Source of the DNA: an uncultured Pseudomonadota bacterium
GTDB lineage: Bacteria > Pseudomonadota > Alphaproteobacteria > Rs-D84 > CACZYB01
Assembly (NCBI GenBank): GCA_902785275.1
Contig: CACZYB010000007.1
Span: 1-49,502, forward strand
Direction: 5' to 3'
Length of the DNA: 49,502 nt
Below, piece after piece: positions 9,996-18,638 of this stretch; position 1 is the first letter of the stretch, and each line of letters starts with the position of its first letter. The notes beneath the pieces are model-generated. The model made no database searches, was not told the origin of the DNA, and was given only the letters and a program-made list of their open reading frames with translations. The position numbers and the translations under genes are program-made.

Positions 9996-10370
9996 ATGGG
10001 TAAACTTTTTGATAAATTTTCTGATTTTGCTCTAGATAAAACTTTAAAATTCGATAAAAATGTACAAACCAAATTAAGAGCGGGTGGAAATCTAGTTGCA
10101 AACAGTATTCCATGGTTGGTAGGAATTAGCTTCTTTTTTGGGGGAGTTTATGGATTGGAAAGCTATCTTGCAATTGATTTTGCAAAAAATGCAGTCGAAA
10201 ACCTTAAGAAAAACAAAGCAATTTCCGATGCACAACAGGAATTTTATAAGTTTTTTGGTAATGAAATCATCGAAAAAGGAGAATACGAAAAGATTCAAAA
10301 GAAAAAGCTTGGAAAAATTTCAGATGAAAATTCAATGCTTACCGTATGGAAAAGCGTTTACGATAAATAA
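9996..10370 (+). CDS. Hypothetical membrane protein (one hydrophobic segment)
   Basis: RBS AAAGGA, 124 aa, followed by a terminator; no recognisable motif. Confidence 0.7.
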   Translation: MGKLFDKFSDFALDKTLKFDKNVQTKLRAGGNLVANSIPWLVGISFFFGGVYGLESYLAIDFAKNAVENLKKNKAISDAQQEFYKFFGNEIIEKGEYEKIQKKKLGKISDENSMLTVWKSVYDK

Positions 10371-10389
10371 GTTTGGCTATATCAAAATC

Positions 10390-10422
10390 ATAAAGGCCCC
10401 CAAAGGAGCCTTTATTTTTTTT
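10390..10422. terminator. Probable bidirectional terminator
   Basis: ATAAAGGC..GCCTTTAT inverted repeat plus T run, between convergent genes. Confidence 0.75.
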
Positions 10423-10439
10423 ACACAATAACAATTTTG

Positions 10440-11774
10440 TTACTTAAGTGGTAATTCTATTTGAACCTTTAATCCACCAAGTTTTTCACTGGAAAGAAGT
10501 TTTATTTCACCACCATGTTGATGAATAACTTCCTGAACAATAGAAAGCCCAAGTCCAACACCTCCAGTCTTTGAATTTCTGGATTTATCAAGTCTGGCAA
10601 ACGGTTTGAACATTTCATCTCGTCTATCTTCTGGAATACCATTTCCATTGTCTTCAATTAAAATATAAAGTTTATCGCTTTCCTTTTTAACACTAACTGA
10701 AATCTTCTTTTTACCATACCTTATAGCATTAGTTATAACATTACTTATCGCACGTTCAAAAGCCAAAGGTCTTACAACAGCAAAAAACTCTTTCTTTGAT
10801 TCAAAAGAAATATCATATTTCCCTTTGTTAAGTTTTCTAATCAAATTCTGTATAGTTTTTGTAATATTTAACTTAACAGAATTTTCCGGAGCAATTCCCT
10901 TTGCAAAACTTAAATATGAATCAATCATTTTTTCCATATCTTCTATATCATTAAGCAAAGCAAATTGAAGATTCTTATCATCACAAAATTCCAATTCCAG
11001 TTTCATTCTTGTAAGTGGAGTTTTCAAATCATGTGAAATACCCGACAACATATTTGTTCTGGATTTTATATATCTATGAATTCTGGTATATGTTTTCAAA
11101 AATGCAGAACCAGCCTGTCTTATTTGCAATGGACCAGATGGGACATATCCATCAATATCTTCACCTCTTCCTGCAAGTCCAATAACCCTTGTTAAATTTT
11201 TAATCGCGTTAACCTGACTTTTTGCAAAAGGAACAGCAATACTGATAAATATCAAACAACTTCCAATCATCCATAAAAAGAAAATATAAAATGTTTTTGA
11301 AAACACAGATTTCAAAGATGATGAAATAGAAAGCAATCCATTAGGATATTGAATTTTTATATTCAAACTGTTTTTATTTTCATCCGCAGAAAGAGAATAT
11401 GGAAGCTTTAAATTTTGGTTCAAAAACTTATACACATACTTCAAAGAAAGCTTTTCTAATCTTTTTGAATTACGACGTTTTTGAATTTGTTCACCACTTT
11501 CCCATTCAACATCCATCATAAAGTTTTTCTTTGCCATTTGTTGAAGTTCTTCAAACTTCTCAGTAGATTTCAAATCAACAACAGTCAAAACATTTCCAGC
11601 AAAAGAAATTGCATTTTGATTTGAAATTGTTTGCCAATGTCTTCTGTAAAAAATATAACCTGTCAATATTTGTGAAAGAACTATAGGAAGTATTATAAGA
11701 ATAAGCATTCTTGCAGTAATACCCTTTGGGAAATATGTTCTTATTTCAAAAAATTTTTTTATATTTTTATTCAT
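10440..11774 (-). CDS. EnvZ-like sensor histidine kinase
   Basis: Two TM segments, H-box SHDLKTPL, N-box NAIRY, G1 EDNGNGI, F-box FKPF, G2 GGVGLGL. Confidence 0.93.
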   Translation of the reverse strand: MNKNIKKFFEIRTYFPKGITARMLILIILPIVLSQILTGYIFYRRHWQTISNQNAISFAGNVLTVVDLKSTEKFEELQQMAKKNFMMDVEWESGEQIQKRRNSKRLEKLSLKYVYKFLNQNLKLPYSLSADENKNSLNIKIQYPNGLLSISSSLKSVFSKTFYIFFLWMIGSCLIFISIAVPFAKSQVNAIKNLTRVIGLAGRGEDIDGYVPSGPLQIRQAGSAFLKTYTRIHRYIKSRTNMLSGISHDLKTPLTRMKLELEFCDDKNLQFALLNDIEDMEKMIDSYLSFAKGIAPENSVKLNITKTIQNLIRKLNKGKYDISFESKKEFFAVVRPLAFERAISNVITNAIRYGKKKISVSVKKESDKLYILIEDNGNGIPEDRRDEMFKPFARLDKSRNSKTGGVGLGLSIVQEVIHQHGGEIKLLSSEKLGGLKVQIELPLK

Positions 11775-11785
11775 TTTACACCTCG

Positions 11786-12466
11786 CTAAATTGAAAATTT
11801 ATAACCTTCATTTCTTACAGTTGTAATATATTTTTCGTCCTTTGTCTCTATTTTTTTTCTAAGCCTTGCTATTGCGACATCAATATTTCGTTCATCTGAA
11901 AAATTAAGCACCTCCATAAAGTCATTTCTACTTACAATAGAATTCACATTTTTTAAAAATACATTCATAATTTTTCTTTGTTCCGAAGTCAACTTTACCA
12001 CATCATCATTTTTTTTCAAAACTTCAGATTTCATATCAAAAGAAAAATCTCCAAATATAATAACTTCATTTACATTTGATTTTGTTCGTTTAAGGATACT
12101 TTGGATTCGATAAAGTAATTCCTTTGGTTCAAATGGTTTTGCAACATAATCATCAACACCATTTTCAAAACCTAATATTTTATTATCAATATCACCCATA
12201 GCCGTAAGCATTATAACCGGAGTATTATTGTTAAGTTTTCTTATATCCCTAACAAAATCCACTCCGTCTTTTTCCGGCATCATTTTATCCGTAACAATCA
12301 AATCAAATTTTATGGAAGAAATAAGATTTTCAGCATCAATAGCATCTTCGGCAACAGTTACCAAAAAGCCATTTTCAAACAAATATCTTTTCAAAAGACT
12401 CCGTATAACACTATCATCATCAATAACAAGAATATGTGCAATAAAGTTAGGAGTCTTTTCTTTCAT
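11786..12466 (-). CDS. OmpR-family response regulator
   Basis: Receiver (IDDD, TDKMMP, MLTA, KPF) plus winged helix (IDVAIARLRKKI, TVRNEGY). Confidence 0.93.
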   Translation of the reverse strand: MKEKTPNFIAHILVIDDDSVIRSLLKRYLFENGFLVTVAEDAIDAENLISSIKFDLIVTDKMMPEKDGVDFVRDIRKLNNNTPVIMLTAMGDIDNKILGFENGVDDYVAKPFEPKELLYRIQSILKRTKSNVNEVIIFGDFSFDMKSEVLKKNDDVVKLTSEQRKIMNVFLKNVNSIVSRNDFMEVLNFSDERNIDVAIARLRKKIETKDEKYITTVRNEGYKFSI

Positions 12467-13451
12467 TATTGCTTGCCTTATTTTTATTATCTAAAGGAAT
12501 AACTTCATATTGCCCCGGTGCAATACGATAACTTTGATCATCACAAACACCAGTCTTGCAAGTAGAAGCAGGTCTTATACTGTTTTTATCGGTATATTGA
12601 AACTTCATTAAAACATATCCATCATGGCCACCGTTACTTGCACCACTCATACCAGTAGAATAATATGCGCCAATTATACCATAATCTAAATCAAGATAAT
12701 CAATATTGTAAATATTATATGATGTTGATGGCAAATCAGATGTAAGCTGACACTTATAAGTATTATCTCTTATCAATGCCTGTTTATCATCAGAAATTTC
12801 AATAGTATTATGAGATGCAGAACAGAATGATTTCAAACCATTTGCATAAAGATCATAGGAGAACATAAAACTGATTCGTTTAAGATTTTGTGAAAAAGAA
12901 ACATCAGTTATTGTAATAGATGGTATATAAATAACACCCGCAGTACCACCAATATTAACAGCATACTTTAAACCATTTGAAATACATGCTCTTGTATTTG
13001 TATTTGCTTCACATAAATAAACCTTTGTTTTATTATTTACATACAAAAGATTCGCAATAACGTTAAAAAGATAATTTCTTGTCATTTTATCGTTAAGTTC
13101 GGTACATCCTTTTTGTCTACAAACGACAACTGGCTTTTTATTATTCAAATCATTTACTTTAAAAGAAGAAAAGTTATAAGAGTCAAAACCAATACTACCT
13201 TCACTACCTAATATTGCAGCATCTTGAGCACCAGCCATATTTTTTTTCTTACCAGATTTTTTTGCACCATTATTTTTTGTTTTACTTGAACTTCCTTCAC
13301 CATTAGCGTAAGAAGTTCCCATCATGTTAAGTTCTTCATCTTCATTCTTCCAATAATTCCAAATAGAAGAATCAAAAACAGAAGCAAATACACTTGTTGA
13401 AACAAATAAGCATAGAAATGCAACAACTGATTTTAAAGATTTTTTATACAT
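12447..13451 (-). CDS. Hypothetical exported protein, 8 Cys in the mature part
   Basis: Signal peptide ending VFA, RBS GGGAGAAGG, overlaps the regulator start by 20 nt. Confidence 0.8.
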   Translation of the reverse strand: MYKKSLKSVVAFLCLFVSTSVFASVFDSSIWNYWKNEDEELNMMGTSYANGEGSSSKTKNNGAKKSGKKKNMAGAQDAAILGSEGSIGFDSYNFSSFKVNDLNNKKPVVVCRQKGCTELNDKMTRNYLFNVIANLLYVNNKTKVYLCEANTNTRACISNGLKYAVNIGGTAGVIYIPSITITDVSFSQNLKRISFMFSYDLYANGLKSFCSASHNTIEISDDKQALIRDNTYKCQLTSDLPSTSYNIYNIDYLDLDYGIIGAYYSTGMSGASNGGHDGYVLMKFQYTDKNSIRPASTCKTGVCDDQSYRIAPGQYEVIPLDNKNKASNNERKDS

Positions 13452-13607
13452 AACCTTCTCCCTTTTCTTTCTATAACTATATTTAATAGCATTGTTAAAT
13501 CTAAAAGTCCATAATGAAATTAAAAAAAATGAAAATATATTCTTTTTATTGCATTTTACTATATAATTACTGTAAAATAGAGCTATACGAAAGGAAGATG
13601 AGAAAAT

Positions 13608-14258
13608 ATGGATATAATTTTATCAGGTGCAAATGGCCGAATACAGGCAAGTTATTACAAGAATCCTAACCCAAAGGCTCCTATTGCCGTTGTGTTTCAT
13701 GATGTTCCAACAAACGGTGGAAACATGAATGAAAAGGTAAATTATACCATTTTTTATGCATTTTTACAAAAAGGTTTCTCTGTGATTCGCTTTAATTTCC
13801 CAGGTGTCGGAAATACCCAAGGTATATTCGAAGCTGGTGAACCAGAGCTTACTGATGCCTCAACCGTTGTTGATTGGATACAGGAACAAAACGAAGAAGC
13901 TACTGAATTTTGGCTTGCTGGTGTTGGCTTTGGTGCATGGGTTGCAATGCAACTTTTAATGCGAAGAATAGAAGTATCTGGCTATATTGCTGTTTCACCA
14001 TCACCTAAAAAGTATGATTTTGGATTCTTCAATCCTGCCCCATGTAGCGGTTTAATCATAGGTGCCGGCAATGATAACACCATCCCTGACGATTCGCTAA
14101 AAGGATTAATTAACTACATAAACAAACAAAACTTTGCTCAATCTTCATACAAGGTAATCTCTGGTGCCAATAAAAATTATGAGGGAAAATTAAAGGACTT
14201 GTTCACTTTAATTTGTACATACCTTGAAAAGAATGTAAAAAATAAGCAAGTTTTGTGA
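13608..14258 (+). CDS. Alpha/beta-hydrolase-fold protein (Atu1826-like), catalytic residues degenerate
   Basis: GGNMNEKV, RFNFPGVGNTQG, ELTDA..VDW, FGAWVAMQLLMRR, YDFGFFNPAPCSGLII match the conserved alphaproteobacterial family. Confidence 0.85.
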   Translation: MDIILSGANGRIQASYYKNPNPKAPIAVVFHDVPTNGGNMNEKVNYTIFYAFLQKGFSVIRFNFPGVGNTQGIFEAGEPELTDASTVVDWIQEQNEEATEFWLAGVGFGAWVAMQLLMRRIEVSGYIAVSPSPKKYDFGFFNPAPCSGLIIGAGNDNTIPDDSLKGLINYINKQNFAQSSYKVISGANKNYEGKLKDLFTLICTYLEKNVKNKQVL

Positions 14259-14266
14259 AATTTTTC

Positions 14267-14295
14267 TTTACAAATCAATCAAAAAAAAATATCAT
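14267..14295 (+). promoter_or_regulatory. Putative sigma70 promoter with A9 tract in the spacer
   Basis: TTTACA (14267-72)-17 nt-TATCAT (14290-95); A9 at 14281-14289. Confidence 0.55.
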
Positions 14296-14301
14296 ATAAG
14301 A

Positions 14302-14546
14302 AGTATATTACTTTTGTAGTGTACTTTTGAAAGGGTGTTGAATAAAACTACAATCTTTTCAAAAGGGAAAACTTTTAAAGCCATGAATTCAGAAGTATAG
14401 GCTTTCCCTATACGAATGCACTTCAAGACATTAAGGGTTTTTCGAACCGGTAAGGTTATGTATGGTTTCCTTACCACTCTGTTGAAGGATATTGATTCTC
14501 TTAACGGATTCGTAAAATCATATGAAACGAGGAGGGACAAAAAGCT
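14302..14546 (+). ncRNA. Candidate structured 5' leader / cis-regulatory RNA (no known family recognised)
   Basis: Stems 14324-35/14354-65, 14395-401/14407-13, 14449-55/14469-75, 14436-39/14445-48, 14421-26/14482-87 and 14383-90/14506-13. Confidence 0.5.
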
Positions 14547-14915
14547 ATGAAATTAAAGAAAATATTTCTGATTGCTTTATTCTTAAGCATAAGTGGCAAG
14601 GCCTATTCTGGTGTGACGACAGGGCAAGTCGAAGCCGTTCTAAGGAAATACTGCATTCCAAAACCAAACGAAACTGCATTTGAAGGATACAGTGGTCAAA
14701 CATGCCAAAGTATGGCACAGTCTGTGTACAGAAGAACTGACGGTTCATGTCTTTGTCATAATTCTGAACATCTTGTTTGGGATCCAACTATTCGTAAATG
14801 TAAACCAAAATGTCAACCAGGATATCATCCAAAGTTTGGTATTTCAAAATGCCCTGGCGGTACAGGAAAGAAAAACGTTAATGATGATTATCCAAACAAA
14901 GAATTTATAAAATAA
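14547..14915 (+). CDS. Small secreted Cys-rich protein (7 Cys)
   Basis: RBS GAGGAGG, signal peptide ending AYS, C-x2-G-Y module at the C-terminus. Confidence 0.85.
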   Translation: MKLKKIFLIALFLSISGKAYSGVTTGQVEAVLRKYCIPKPNETAFEGYSGQTCQSMAQSVYRRTDGSCLCHNSEHLVWDPTIRKCKPKCQPGYHPKFGISKCPGGTGKKNVNDDYPNKEFIK

Positions 14916-14927
14916 AAGGAGGACCTT

Positions 14928-16703
14928 ATGAAGCTAAGAAAATTAACAACTACAACAGGATTGATATTTACAATCACATCTCCTGCTCCACTTTTCGCAA
15001 CAGATAGCTATCTCTTCGTTTGCGAAGCATGTAAGGCAGGAACATATTCCGATGGTACAAATGATTGTATAAGTTGTGCTGCGGGAACTTACTCCCACGC
15101 AAGTTCAACAAGCTGTACGAATTGTCAAGAAGGTCATTCAACAGAAGGAAAAACAGGACAGGCTGAATGTAAACCATGTGCAGCTGGATACTATACAAAT
15201 AAAAAAGGTCAAAGTACATGTGCCCCTTGTTCTGCTGGAACATATGCAAAAGGAACAGGAAATACAAAATGTTTAAACTGCGGCCCTGGAACTTATTCTG
15301 CAAATAAAGGCGCTTCTAACTGCACAAATGTAAGTTCAGGTTATTGTGCAACAGGAAGTGCAAACTCATCACAAAAAGGTTGCACAAGTAGCACAAATCC
15401 TTCTTCTTATCCAGGAGTTGCTATATGCGACACAAAAACATGCGCAGCAACAAGCTGTAACGCAGGTTTTGGTTATAATTCTGGAATATGTAATCAATGT
15501 GGTAGTGGATATGCTTCCATAGGAGGAACAACATCATGTTATTACTGCTCAGGTGCAAAAAGTTATTCTGGTCAAGGTGCAAGCAGATGTTCTTCATGTT
15601 CTGCTGGTTATATTGCAAACTATAACCACTCAGGTTGCAATATTTGTAAAGCAAATACATACGATAATGGCTCATCATGTGTTCCATGCGGTGATTGGCT
15701 ACAATCAAGTGAAGGTTCAACAAGTTGCCACGGTCCTGTAAGAATTAGAAAAATTGAAGAGATATCTGGTAGCAGTAGAGCAATTGGACACATAGATCCT
15801 GGTTATTACGTTTTGGTACTTGGTGGTGGTAATGGTGGTTCTACAGATGGTAGAACTTCTGGTGAAGGTGCTAAATTAGCATACAGATTCTACATCGGTG
15901 ATACTAAAGGTGCAGATTATAAATTATACTCTGGTGCCCATGGAACTCACAGTGGTAATAAACATAATGGAGCCGGTGGTGGTGGTGGATCATGGGCTAT
16001 AATTGGAGGATCCGAATACATTGCTGGTGGTGGCGGTGGATCTCCTGGAGATTACGGATATTCTGAAGGTGGTACCGGTGGTGCTAAAGGTGCCGGCGGT
16101 GGTTCCGCATCTACTGTAAATGGAAAAAGTGCTCGAGCTGGTAGTAGCGGTGGTGATGCTGGAGCAATGTATTCTGGTGGAAAAGGAGGTTATGCTCATA
16201 TTGCCTGGACAGACTATGGCATATATATAAACTACTATGGTGAAACAACAGAAAAAGGTGGTGATGGTGAAGGTCCATCTGGTGGACAAGGAGGTCGTGA
16301 ACCAACATTTGTTAACCTATTGAGTAAACGTTCATCAAATAACACATACGGTGGACAAGGTGTTAGATTAGGTTACGATTGTGAAGGTCTTGTAAAAACA
16401 CAAAAAACAAGAGAAGTTTGCCTCTACTCTCAATATGGTTCATGTGTATCTAAAAGAACAGAAACATATTACGAAATAACTTCCAGACCTGAAAATTGTA
16501 AAGCTGCTAGCTCGATTTGTACTTCAAGAGGACAATATGGAGACTGTTTAGCTCAAGATACACTCTATTATGATATAGACGCATCTAATGGAAAGAACAG
16601 TATAAATGATGCACATACATACTCAAATCTCGCATCAGGAGATTTAGCAGCCGGAATTACCGGATGCACAAGTTGTGCTAAATTATATAAATACGAATAC
16701 TAA
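14928..16703 (+). CDS. CxxC-repeat (ephrin-receptor-like/VSP-like) plus glycine-rich domain protein, probably extracellular
   Basis: RBS AAGGAGGA; 11 CxxC in ~15-18 aa C-x2-C-x2-G-x-Y modules (15021-15728); PGYYVLVLGGGNGG-led Gly-rich domain; 37 Cys by hand count. Confidence 0.88.
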   Translation: MKLRKLTTTTGLIFTITSPAPLFATDSYLFVCEACKAGTYSDGTNDCISCAAGTYSHASSTSCTNCQEGHSTEGKTGQAECKPCAAGYYTNKKGQSTCAPCSAGTYAKGTGNTKCLNCGPGTYSANKGASNCTNVSSGYCATGSANSSQKGCTSSTNPSSYPGVAICDTKTCAATSCNAGFGYNSGICNQCGSGYASIGGTTSCYYCSGAKSYSGQGASRCSSCSAGYIANYNHSGCNICKANTYDNGSSCVPCGDWLQSSEGSTSCHGPVRIRKIEEISGSSRAIGHIDPGYYVLVLGGGNGGSTDGRTSGEGAKLAYRFYIGDTKGADYKLYSGAHGTHSGNKHNGAGGGGGSWAIIGGSEYIAGGGGGSPGDYGYSEGGTGGAKGAGGGSASTVNGKSARAGSSGGDAGAMYSGGKGGYAHIAWTDYGIYINYYGETTEKGGDGEGPSGGQGGREPTFVNLLSKRSSNNTYGGQGVRLGYDCEGLVKTQKTREVCLYSQYGSCVSKRTETYYEITSRPENCKAASSICTSRGQYGDCLAQDTLYYDIDASNGKNSINDAHTYSNLASGDLAAGITGCTSCAKLYKYEY

Positions 16704-16738
16704 GAAAAAGGTTGGATTTTCATCCAACCTTTTTTCTT
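16704..16738 (+). terminator. Intrinsic terminator
   Basis: AAAAAGGTTGGAT-TTTC-ATCCAACCTTTTT. Confidence 0.88.
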
Positions 16739-16899
16739 GTTTATAATAGTAAACAAAAACTAAAAACCACCCTTAAAAATTTACAATAAATTTACTAATG
16801 TTATTTAAGAATATTTTAGCCGTTTTTCCGCAAAATTTCTTGATTTATTACTTTTTTATGAATATATTGAAAAATGATAAACAAAAAAGGGTGGTTTAA

Positions 16900-18474
16900 A
16901 TGATAAAGTTTACAAAAAAATACTTCTTTAATATAACATCTATTATATTGATTTTATTACCATATTTCATATTAAAAACAAAACTTGCAAACCATTTTGC
17001 AATTGAAACTTTACTTATAATAATACTAAATAGCTTTTCATTAAATAAATTCACTAAAATTATAAGTATCCTACTATGCCTATGCAACAGTTTACAATTT
17101 ACAAATGCATCATTTGTTGGAGGATATATCGAAGCTCTCACCCTTGAAAACCTTGATTGTGCAAAAGATATCGGTATCTTTAATATAATAAAATTAACTA
17201 TCATCTTTTTGGTATACTTTTATTTATTACTAAAATCTAAAATAAATTTAACAAAAAATAAAAAGCAATATATTTTAACATTTTTTGTTTCTTTTTTAAT
17301 AATTTATTCATCAAAAAAATTTCCAACAAACGCTTTATTCAAAACAATAAAAGTTGCAACAAAAGGCTTCTTTTATAAAATAGAATATAGTCAAGGAAAT
17401 CAATTTAAAAAAGAAACTATACTTGATAAAGGAACATCATTTAACGATAAATCATTAAAAAATAACAATCTTATCATACTTTTTACCGAAGGTACTTCTC
17501 TTCGTGTAATATCAAAAGATTTAACTCCAAATGCTTTTGCATTAAAAAATAAATCTATTATTTTTGATAATTATTATAATCATACAGCCGCAACATTTAG
17601 AGGAATTAGAGGACAGTTAATTTCTGGTATTCAATACTTAGGTGGTTATTACCCTGGAAAAAATGGTTTCGGCCAAATTTCACAAAAAGAACTTAAAGAA
17701 ATACTAAAATACAAACCAGAGGGAATTCCATCAATCTTAAAAGATAAAGGTTATTACACAGTATTTGTTTCCCCACACGCAGATACTCACTTTAATAATT
17801 ACATAAAAGAAATTGGTGGATTCGATAAAATTTCACACCTAGGCACTAACGATAATCCAGACAAAGAAAACTTAACAGATAAAGAACTTTACGAAAAAAT
17901 ATTCAAAGAATATGAAATTGCATCAAAACAAAATAAACCATTTTTAATAGTTTCTTATATACTAGGAACTCATGAAGGTAAGGACTCCCCTGATAAAAAA
18001 TACAAAGACGGTAAAAATCCATATCTTAATAAATTCCACAACCAAGATTTTTGGTTCGGAAAATTCTTTGAAAAATATAACAAAAGTGCAAAAGCAAAAG
18101 ATACTATATTAGTTTACACAACAGATCATTGTACTCATTCAAGCACTGGATATAACAAAACATTCAACTATCCAGATATTGATTGGATTGATACTATACC
18201 TCTATTCATATACAAACCTCAATTTAAACACCAAATTATCGATGCAGATGGACTAACATCAATAACTCTTGCTCCTACTTTATTGGATATGCTTGGAATA
18301 CATAAGGTTACAAACCATTTCTTAGGTCATTCATTATTTGAAACGGGAAAACATGACACAATTGAATACCAAAGATTTTTAGGAGAAAGTTGTAGTGATA
18401 CAAAAACAAAAAAGGACCTAAATTTCAAAAAAGATTGTCAACCAGCTGAAAAATTTTATATATACGCTGGATAA
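16900..18474 (+). CDS. LTA synthase / phosphoglycerol transferase family (sulfatase fold) membrane protein
   Basis: N-terminal TM helices, FTEG metal-binding Glu, NHTAAT nucleophile region, THEG, TTDH, TLAPTLLDMLG. Confidence 0.85.
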   Translation: MIKFTKKYFFNITSIILILLPYFILKTKLANHFAIETLLIIILNSFSLNKFTKIISILLCLCNSLQFTNASFVGGYIEALTLENLDCAKDIGIFNIIKLTIIFLVYFYLLLKSKINLTKNKKQYILTFFVSFLIIYSSKKFPTNALFKTIKVATKGFFYKIEYSQGNQFKKETILDKGTSFNDKSLKNNNLIILFTEGTSLRVISKDLTPNAFALKNKSIIFDNYYNHTAATFRGIRGQLISGIQYLGGYYPGKNGFGQISQKELKEILKYKPEGIPSILKDKGYYTVFVSPHADTHFNNYIKEIGGFDKISHLGTNDNPDKENLTDKELYEKIFKEYEIASKQNKPFLIVSYILGTHEGKDSPDKKYKDGKNPYLNKFHNQDFWFGKFFEKYNKSAKAKDTILVYTTDHCTHSSTGYNKTFNYPDIDWIDTIPLFIYKPQFKHQIIDADGLTSITLAPTLLDMLGIHKVTNHFLGHSLFETGKHDTIEYQRFLGESCSDTKTKKDLNFKKDCQPAEKFYIYAG

Positions 18475-18588
18475 TTGATAAAAATATTAAAAAAACATTC
18501 CCATAATAATTTTATAATTTGGGAAACACCACATAAAACTTTTTATAAAGTAAAATATATTCAAACCACAAAAAATAAATTCTAATAA

Positions 18589-18627
18589 AAAAAATACCTC
18601 CACAAAAATGGAGGTATCCAATTTTGA
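18589..18627 (-). terminator. Intrinsic terminator of the 57-aa gene
   Basis: ATACCTCCA/TGGAGGTAT perfect 9-bp stem; T run on the minus strand. Confidence 0.8.
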
Positions 18628-18638
18628 AAAAACATATA

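Noticed and set aside
14355-14400. AAAAGGGAA resembling the start of a cobalamin riboswitch
   Set aside because: The following GGTG..AATCC, ACTG and B12-box elements are absent.
14292-14540. 82-aa minus-strand ORF across the structured leader
   Set aside because: No recognisable RBS or motif; the region is better explained as a + strand leader, though not formally excluded.
15021-16360. Repetitive DNA as CRISPR array or DGR template/variable repeat
   Set aside because: The periodicity is protein-level (Cys/Gly codons); no identical spaced repeats, adenine-specific repeat pair, cas gene or reverse transcriptase seen.
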